Assembly (NCBI GenBank): GCA_963712115.1
Contig: CAVQGX010000007.1
Span: 14,978 to 78,977 of the forward strand
Direction: 5' to 3'
From: an uncultured delta proteobacterium
Lineage (GTDB): Bacteria > Desulfobacterota > Syntrophobacteria > BM002
DNA: 64,000 bases
In this document: positions 57,752-64,000 of the stretch, piece after piece
Layout of the letters: every line of letters starts with the position of its first letter
How positions within the stretch are numbered: position 1 is the stretch's first letter
Program-made: the position numbers and the translations under genes
Notes under the pieces: model-generated
The model's database searches: none
What the model saw: the letters and a program-made list of their open reading frames with translations, nothing else
Told to the model about the DNA's origin: nothing

Positions 57752-58711
57752 GTGGTCGAGCCCCAAAACATGAACGATACCTTCACACTAGCCCATCTTT
57801 CCGACTTCCATCTTTCTTCTCTGAATAAGGTCAAGTTACGAGATCTACTGAACAAGCGCATATTCGGTTATGTCAAATGGCAGCTTCGCAGACATAGTGA
57901 GCACAGTCCAGAGGTCCTCGAGGCCTTGCTCCGCGATTTACAGATTACCCGACCTGACCACATCGTGGTTACCGGCGACTTGACACATTTGGGTTTGCCT
58001 GCTGAATTCCGTGAGGCCAGGAATATTCTGCATTCAATAGGTTCACCCCCGGAGGTCACAGTAATCCCTGGTAACCACGACGCCTATGTGAGAACTGACT
58101 GGAATAGCACATTCGGCCTTTGGGCAGACTATATGGTCTCTGATGGCCCTTCCCCCCGTGGTGAAGCGGGGACTGACTCCCAAAATACCTTTCCCAGCCA
58201 ACGAATACGTGGGTTTGTAGCACTTGTTGGCGTATCCACCGCCAGACCTAGTGGACTCTTTCTTGCTGTGGGTAGTGTTGGTCAGTTACAACTGCGAGAA
58301 CTGGAAAGGATTTTAGCAGAGACAGGACAACAGCGGCTTTTTCGGGTCCTACTGATCCACCATCCCCCGCTGCCCGGCATCGTAAGTTGGCGCAAACGGT
58401 TAACCGATGGCGAAGCCTTACGTTTGATTCTGGCACGGCAAGGTGTGGAACTCGTCCTGCACGGCCACTCCCACCGCGGTTCGCTGGGTCATATCGACAC
58501 TGTCATGGGTGAGGCTCCAACATTCGGCGTTACTTCTGCCTCAGCGCCAGGTCGCACAACCAAGCGGAGGGCTCGCTACCATATCCACCGCCTCAAAAAA
58601 AATCCTCAAGGCTGGGAAATTGTCGTCTCAGTGAGGTGTTATTCCCCACAATCAGAGAGTTTTGTAGAAGAAACTGAAACCCGTCTCGTCCTTCCCCGTG
58701 CGATCGCCTGA
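57752..58711 (+). CDS. calcineurin-like metallophosphoesterase
   Basis: HLSDFH, TGDL, PGNHD, IHHPP, LHGHSH motifs. Confidence 0.92.
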   Translation: MVEPQNMNDTFTLAHLSDFHLSSLNKVKLRDLLNKRIFGYVKWQLRRHSEHSPEVLEALLRDLQITRPDHIVVTGDLTHLGLPAEFREARNILHSIGSPPEVTVIPGNHDAYVRTDWNSTFGLWADYMVSDGPSPRGEAGTDSQNTFPSQRIRGFVALVGVSTARPSGLFLAVGSVGQLQLRELERILAETGQQRLFRVLLIHHPPLPGIVSWRKRLTDGEALRLILARQGVELVLHGHSHRGSLGHIDTVMGEAPTFGVTSASAPGRTTKRRARYHIHRLKKNPQGWEIVVSVRCYSPQSESFVEETETRLVLPRAIA

Positions 58712-58800
58712 TTAATCTTAATGTATTTTATGAGTTTTGTAGATCTAAATTGTAGTATTGTTAGCTACTTCAGGAATGATTGATTGTGGGAGCTGCTTTA

Positions 58801-58984
58801 AACCGGATGTTTCATGAATTGATGTCGCGAGGCCTTGGAGATGGGCGTGCCACTGGGCAACCGTACCGCGGGATTGGTTCCGAGGCGTACCTGAACGGTA
58901 CGTCGCAGGAGCCGACACCCGAGGACGCCCAGAAGAACGGCCACATCCTTGGCCACAGCAAGCGATTCATGAAACATCCGGGTT
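58801..58984 (-). mobile_element. MITE-like element, family A, copy 3 (inverted)
   Basis: CCGGATGTTTCATGAAT...ATTCATGAAACATCCGG flanked by TTAA; core is the reverse complement of copies 1 and 2. Confidence 0.85.
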
Positions 58985-58987
58985 AAG

Positions 58988-60058
58988 CTAGGGAGCCTGG
59001 CGAAGCTGCCAGAGAGCTATCGTCAAAATTAGAGCTACAGGGGTTAAGGTGGTGAGCGGTGCAGGGAACTCTAACAATAGCCCTAGATAGCCGATTATCT
59101 GATTTGCCAGATAAAAACCAATTCCCACCGAGGCTCCCAGGGTTATCCTCAATCCCACGGTCATGCCCCGTGGTGGCCCAAATACGAAGGGTAGTGAGAG
59201 TAGAACCATTGCACCCGTTGTTAAAGGCATGACCAGTTTCTGCCACAGAGCCAGACTGTAGTTGTCCGCATTCTGTCCCCTCTCCCGAAGAGCCTTGATA
59301 TACAAGTATAAGTCTGACGGTGCTAGGCTCTCTGGAGGTAGTTCCAAGACACTAACCTGGTCCTTACTAAAAAATGAGTCAATCTCTAGGCTTGGTAAGT
59401 ACTGGGTGCTGATCCCCTGCTCCTCGATGACCTTTTTTTGAATGTCCTTGAGTGTCCATCGTCCATCTTTATGGATATCTGCTTCACGCGCATGAATAAA
59501 GGATCGTAAAAAACCCTCTTCGTCACGTTCGTAAATATCCAAATCCGCCGCAATTCCACCCGACAGGGTTAAGCCAACTCGGATGAAGGAGTTGCCATGC
59601 CGCGCCCAAAATCCCCGTTTCGTCAACATAATGCCACTTGAACCCGAGAGTGATAAAGAGCGGCGCGCATGGGCATATTGCTCAAGTTGCGGTACTATAT
59701 ATTGTTCGGTGGCGGCACTGGCTAGCATAAGCAAGCCTGCAGAGGCAAGCACTGAAAAGCAAATTCTCCGGACTGACAATCCAGCAGCTCGCATGGCAAT
59801 AAGTTCGCCTCTTTCGGCCAACATCCCGAGGCCAATGATCCCACCCAGCAGAGCACTGATGGGCAACATATCAATGATTCTCTTGGGGAGTGTCAGACCA
59901 ACGAAGATGAAAGCGTCAACTGCCTGGAAATTCCCTTTGCCCACATCGTCGAGTTGGGTCACTAAATCCAGAAAACTAAACAAAGAGACCAGAACGAGGA
60001 CCACCAAGAAAAAGCCCCGGAAAAAACTACTGCCTAGGTAACGATCAAGTGTTCTCAT
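58988..60058 (-). CDS. lptG: LptG-family permease (second copy, in the lipid cluster)
   Basis: TLDRYL, P...ALLG...L...GELIAMRAAGLS, LW.KL..P motifs. Confidence 0.85.
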   Translation of the reverse strand: MRTLDRYLGSSFFRGFFLVVLVLVSLFSFLDLVTQLDDVGKGNFQAVDAFIFVGLTLPKRIIDMLPISALLGGIIGLGMLAERGELIAMRAAGLSVRRICFSVLASAGLLMLASAATEQYIVPQLEQYAHARRSLSLSGSSGIMLTKRGFWARHGNSFIRVGLTLSGGIAADLDIYERDEEGFLRSFIHAREADIHKDGRWTLKDIQKKVIEEQGISTQYLPSLEIDSFFSKDQVSVLELPPESLAPSDLYLYIKALRERGQNADNYSLALWQKLVMPLTTGAMVLLSLPFVFGPPRGMTVGLRITLGASVGIGFYLANQIIGYLGLLLEFPAPLTTLTPVALILTIALWQLRQAP

Positions 60059-60171
60059 TTATCATTTATCATTTCGCATTTGTCATTTTTCAATTCATAT
60101 ATCGAGCTTCCAGTCTTATCCCTCAATGTGCAATGAGAAATGAGCAATGGGAGATGAAAAATGGCAAATGG
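60053..60171. repeat. fold-back heptamer array (NNCATTT / AAATGNN) between lptF and lptG
   Basis: ctcattt-atcattt-atcattt-cgcattt-gtcattt ... caatgag-aaatgag-caatggg-agatgaa-aaatggc-aaatgg. Confidence 0.85.
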
Positions 60172-60205
60172 GCTATGTTCTGTGATCTCTCCCCAATGGT
60201 GGCCT

Positions 60206-61315
60206 TCACGGGAAAAACCTTCTTGAGGACAAGCGTTGTCTAATCTGACCCCATTTAAACATCAGCTTTGGCTGAATTGAAAGGGCCAGCACTACTATTG
60301 CAAGCAATACCACAACCCACCAAATCCCCACCACTGGCCCCACAACCCCCTGTTCAACCCAGTCCTTAGCCATGGCGCTGGTGTTGTAATAGACGGCCAG
60401 GATTATCACCGCCGCCACCAATCTGGCGTACTTGCCCTTACGAGGAGCTGTGCGACTCAGGGGAATACCAAGCAGAGCTAGTAGCAAGGTGGAGATGGGC
60501 GTAGAGAGTCTCCATTGATACTCTGCGATATCTTCGAGGTCGCTAGAACGGGCCAACTTCAATGTTGAGGCAGCTTTGCGTTTATACTCCATTGGTTTTG
60601 TCTTTCCATAATCAATAGACATTGTGGACTGCTGGAACTTCATGAAGTGGCCTTCCTCGCCAGTGCGAGATAATTCATAAATGTACCCGTCCTGGAATAT
60701 TAGCAGTGGCTTACCATTACTGTCATCACTGTATTGTTGGACTTTTTTAGCATATATGACCTGCACTTTATCCCCTTGATCGCTTTGGATGAAAACTCCC
60801 TCTGCTCGCTTTTTTTCTTGATTTATCTCGTCTGCGTAGATGACACGGTTCATCCCCGGGATCTTATAAAAGTTACCTTCTTTCCATTTACCAATATCTA
60901 GTGCGGTTTTCGCCATTGCTGTCAGTACATAACCCTGCTGGTAAGCCCAGGGACGGACATAAAGGGACAAACATGCAACCAAAAGAGCAATAGGTACTGA
61001 CAGGTAGATAACGGCTTTGAAAATGCGACCGATGCCCACACCACATGCAAAGAGAGCCGTCATTTCGGAATCGGCGTACAACCTTCCAAGAACAACTACA
61101 ACAGAGAGGTACAGGGTGGTGGGAAGAAGCACCTCCATAGCGATGGCTATTTTTAGTAGGACTAGGTATAAAACGATCTTTCCCGCAATCAGGCCAGCTA
61201 CGGCCTCAGCCAGGTATTGTGCTGCTCTGTAGCTTGCGAAGATCACCACCAAGAAGGCACAAATAGCAATTAGAGGTTTGCTTATTTCTCGTATTAGATA
61301 GCGGTCGATGATCAA
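60206..61315 (-). CDS. lptF: LptF-family permease (second copy, in the lipid cluster)
   Basis: IIDRYL.RE, LGRLY.DSEMTAL..CG, AEYQWR, PLSR..PR.G motifs. Confidence 0.85.
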   Translation of the reverse strand: MIIDRYLIREISKPLIAICAFLVVIFASYRAAQYLAEAVAGLIAGKIVLYLVLLKIAIAMEVLLPTTLYLSVVVVLGRLYADSEMTALFACGVGIGRIFKAVIYLSVPIALLVACLSLYVRPWAYQQGYVLTAMAKTALDIGKWKEGNFYKIPGMNRVIYADEINQEKKRAEGVFIQSDQGDKVQVIYAKKVQQYSDDSNGKPLLIFQDGYIYELSRTGEEGHFMKFQQSTMSIDYGKTKPMEYKRKAASTLKLARSSDLEDIAEYQWRLSTPISTLLLALLGIPLSRTAPRKGKYARLVAAVIILAVYYNTSAMAKDWVEQGVVGPVVGIWWVVVLLAIVVLALSIQPKLMFKWGQIRQRLSSRRFFP

Positions 61316-61357
61316 AGCTCTTACCCCTATTCGCAGTGGGTGGTCAGGGGGAGTCTA

Positions 61358-61558
61358 AACATAGAGAACACGAATCCACATAGCACCACTAAATTCGAAA
61401 TCCTAAATCCTAAGCACGAAACAAATCCCAGTGTCAAATTCTCCAATTTTTAAAACAAAAGCGAATCAACATGTGACTTAAGAGTTTGGTAATTTGAAAT
61501 TGTTTCGGATCTCGAGTTAGATTTCGGATCACGCTATCCTCGAGGTCTCACGTCGGTT
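61358..61558. repeat. composite fold-back element (AAATTCGAAATCCTAAAT family, copy 3)
   Basis: 61386-61428 is the exact 43-bp reverse complement of 57652-57694. Confidence 0.85.
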
Positions 61559-61580
61559 TCATTCTAAGCGGTGCGACCGG

Positions 61581-62390
61581 TTACTTGTGCTGTAGGTCTC
61601 TGGCCACAATTGATTCAACTAGCTTCCAGTCGCTTAAGCTATCAACATCCACTGCTGCTTCCGGAAAGGGCAGGAGAACGGCACCGGCTCTTAGCCCAAT
61701 CCGCTGCGATATTCGTTCCAACCCTTCTTCAAGAGATGGCCGCTTCAGCAAATAGAGCAATAAGTTGAGCCAACCAAAACCAGCGATAACCCGCAATGTT
61801 TTTTTGCGCTGGCTTTCAACCTTACGCCAAAAAAGAGCTGCAATCCGCGCCTCAGGTGTCAGGAAACCGAAGAGGTTACATGAGCAGTAAGAAGCGTCTC
61901 CCAGTGGAATAGCAGTTCTCTTCGTCTCCGGATATTTAGCCGTAACCAATTCATGCAGAGCCAGTCCTACTACTACGTCCTTATTGCTTTGGCGAGCCCC
62001 GGAGCAGAAATAATCCACTATCTCGGCAGTGAGCAGCGCATGGTCTGCTGTGGTCACCAAAACTGGGGTGCTATCTGGCAGAGACTGCATAGCGTGGTAA
62101 GTGCTGGAGCTTGGAGTTGCCTGACTTTCCAGCCATCTAACCTTACCCGAACCGATACGAACACAAAGTTCTTTGTCCTGCTCTACAGCAGACTTGTCAG
62201 GCCCGCAAAGTACTATTCCTTCTATCTCCCGAGCTGCCTCTAGAGCATCAAGTACGCGGAGTACCATTGCCCTTCCCCCCACCGGAGTCAGAGACTTGGA
62301 GCTAACGCCGGCGGCCCTGGCCACCGGGTCCCCAGAACTGCGGTCTCCGGCTAGGACCACCGCAGTAAAAGGTGTTATCAGCCTGCTCAT
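61581..62390 (-). CDS. MobA-like nucleotidyltransferase
   Basis: AVVLAG.R...DP.A...G...K.L..VGG, TTADHALLT, CNLF, EAAVDVD...D motifs. Confidence 0.85.
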   Translation of the reverse strand: MSRLITPFTAVVLAGDRSSGDPVARAAGVSSKSLTPVGGRAMVLRVLDALEAAREIEGIVLCGPDKSAVEQDKELCVRIGSGKVRWLESQATPSSSTYHAMQSLPDSTPVLVTTADHALLTAEIVDYFCSGARQSNKDVVVGLALHELVTAKYPETKRTAIPLGDASYCSCNLFGFLTPEARIAALFWRKVESQRKKTLRVIAGFGWLNLLLYLLKRPSLEEGLERISQRIGLRAGAVLLPFPEAAVDVDSLSDWKLVESIVARDLQHK

Positions 62391-62535
62391 AAAGTTGTTT
62401 ACTCCTGCCGGGGGACTACTGGCAACATAGTAAACTGGCTAACATCCCACAAGTTTATTTAACATCCAAAACCCGGTCCTTAGGGCTAGGTCAGTCCCGC
62501 CCGTGGCGGGATTGCCGCGACGATTACGAGCTGTC

Positions 62536-62712
62536 TTGGAGCATTGGAGTATCAGAAATTCCAAATTCCAGGGTTTTAGGTGTCAGGTTTCGGGTTTCAG
62601 GTGTCAGGAGATGAAACACAAAGGCTGAAACCTGAACACTGAAACCTGAAACCTCAGGTAATGTGATTTGGGATTTAATAGATTCCATCATTCCAACATT
62701 CCATTATTCCAA
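62536..62712. repeat. triply nested fold-back element (8-mer > 7-mer > 7-mer)
   Basis: ttggagca-ttggagta [aaattcc-aaattcc [ggtgtca-ggtttcg-ggtttca-ggtgtca ... ctgaaac-ctgaaca-ctgaaac-ctgaaac] gatttgg-gattt] ttccatca-ttccaaca-ttccatta-ttcca. Confidence 0.85.
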
Positions 62713-62746
62713 TTGCGGAAGTAAATGAAGCTAGGTTCTCTAACGG

Positions 62747-63904
62747 TTAAACACCTGCTAAGTCTTTAGCGAAGATGCGGTAGCGTTTGTACACAACCCC
62801 TCCCATAGACTCGAGGATGTTACGCATTCCCGCATTATCTTCGAGAATCCAGGACAGTTCAACTTCCTTGGCACCGTATTTGACTCCGAGCCGACGCCCT
62901 CTCTCTACTACCATGACGGCAAGGGCCGCGCCCAGGAGACTGTTGTGGTGACGCTTTCGTACACCCATTAGAGGCACACGGGCTGTCTTGGGACGACTCA
63001 CCTTCAGCCGCCAAAGTAGCTTGAGCCAGCCGAAAGGGAGGAGCCTTCCGTTTAGATCTTTGATAATCTCATTAACATTTGGTACCCCTACGATCATGGC
63101 ATCCGGTGAACCGTCAACTTCAGCAATTTGGACGTACTCGTCATGCACTAGATGTTTCAAATTCTGCCCCAGATGCTTGAATTCCGCCTTGGTAAAAGGT
63201 ACAAAGCCCCAATTTTCCGACCAGGCATCCTCAAAGATGTCCTGCAAAATTTCAAGCTCTTCACTAAAACGTTCTCTCCTCAACGAGCGGATGCTTACCC
63301 TTCTCGCTGCTCTCTTGATCACAGCCCTCATTGCTCTTGTCAGTTCGAAATCAACGTCAATACGGTAGGCAAGTAGGTCTTTCTCTTTTCTGTAACCGTT
63401 CTCTTCTACCCTAGCACCGTAGTATGGGCGGGCATGCCCCATCATCACCATGGGAGGACTGTCAAAGCCTTCCACCAGCAACCCACATTCTTGGTTTATG
63501 GACAGATTAAACGGGCCAAGAATTCGGCGCATGCCCTGGTTGCTCAACCATTTCTCAGCGGTATCCATAAGAGCCTGGAAGGTCTCCGGATCGTCCTCAG
63601 CTTCCAGGAGCCCGAAAAAACCTGTGGAGTCTTCGTAACGTTGGAGATGGAGCTGGTCCACCTGAGCACTGATGCGTCCCACTGGTCTCTCACCGCGATA
63701 GGCCAACCAAAACCTGCATTTCGCATGCTCGAAGAAGGGATTGCGCTTAGATAAGTGCTCACTACGCTCCAACAATAGTGGCGGAACCCAGGCAGGGTCG
63801 TCTCCATAGATCGACCAGGGCAGTCGAATAAACTTGCGCAAGCCCTGTCGACCTTCCACTGGTACGATCCGTAGAGGGCCGCTATGCAACTGCCTTTGCA
63901 CCAT
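62747..63904 (-). CDS. GNAT-fold acyltransferase, YghO / bacterial ceramide synthase family
   Basis: WVPPLL.ER, GRISAQ.D, GFFG, GPFNLSINQECGLLV.GF, AW..NWGFVP, LMGVRK, ELSWILEDN motifs. Confidence 0.82.
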   Translation of the reverse strand: MVQRQLHSGPLRIVPVEGRQGLRKFIRLPWSIYGDDPAWVPPLLLERSEHLSKRNPFFEHAKCRFWLAYRGERPVGRISAQVDQLHLQRYEDSTGFFGLLEAEDDPETFQALMDTAEKWLSNQGMRRILGPFNLSINQECGLLVEGFDSPPMVMMGHARPYYGARVEENGYRKEKDLLAYRIDVDFELTRAMRAVIKRAARRVSIRSLRRERFSEELEILQDIFEDAWSENWGFVPFTKAEFKHLGQNLKHLVHDEYVQIAEVDGSPDAMIVGVPNVNEIIKDLNGRLLPFGWLKLLWRLKVSRPKTARVPLMGVRKRHHNSLLGAALAVMVVERGRRLGVKYGAKEVELSWILEDNAGMRNILESMGGVVYKRYRIFAKDLAGV

Positions 63905-64000
63905 AATCTCCTAAAGCAACGACCAAATAGTGTATTGGTCCTACCAGTATGTTTTGCCGGTGAGAGCCCCAAACTTGGACACTCGAGCAATATAACTGAT

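Noticed and set aside
12779-62712. Periodic repeats as a CRISPR array
   Set aside because: Units are 7-9 nt, degenerate and inverted, with no constant 23-47 nt repeat separated by unique spacers; no cas genes were seen.
63941-64000. Possible 3' end of an upstream minus-strand gene (...ISYIARVSKFGALTGKTYW*)
   Set aside because: Only 19 codons are visible, too few to support a feature call.

Overview
A 64-kb stretch of core chromosome from an anaerobic deltaproteobacterium. Gene content and protein styles point to Desulfobacterota, possibly Syntrophobacteria-like; this is an inference, not a database call. In order, the window holds: (1) an aromatic amino acid operon using the archaeal-type entry enzymes (ADH synthase and DHQ synthase II), followed by chorismate mutase, aroD, aroE, aroA and tyrA, under a Phe/Tyr-codon leader attenuator; (2) a complete trpEGDCFBA operon under a Trp-rich leader with two tandem terminators; (3) housekeeping genes including archaeal-type thyA, RRM protein, rpsU-like gene, FKBP, CorC, acpP, TetR, purC, a biotin carboxyltransferase, nfeD/slipin, UDG, coaBC, tatD, maf, yggS, rlmB, gmk, yicC, ugd, heptose kinase, lptF and a GT9; (4) a ParB-like gene overlapping a spore-photoproduct-lyase-like radical SAM gene; (5) at the right end, a putative anionic sphingolipid cluster (ceramide synthase-like GNAT, NTP transferase, a second LptF/LptG pair, metallophosphoesterase, lipid kinase, Tam41-like cytidylyltransferase) that probably continues beyond the window. 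Intergenic DNA is dominated by at least 20 fold-back elements built from degenerate 7-, 8- and 9-nt periodic arrays, often nested, and by MITE-like elements sharing an invariant apical motif. No rRNA, tRNA, CRISPR array, transposase or prophage gene was recognised. All product calls come from motif recognition by eye, not searches; repeat boundaries are approximate.
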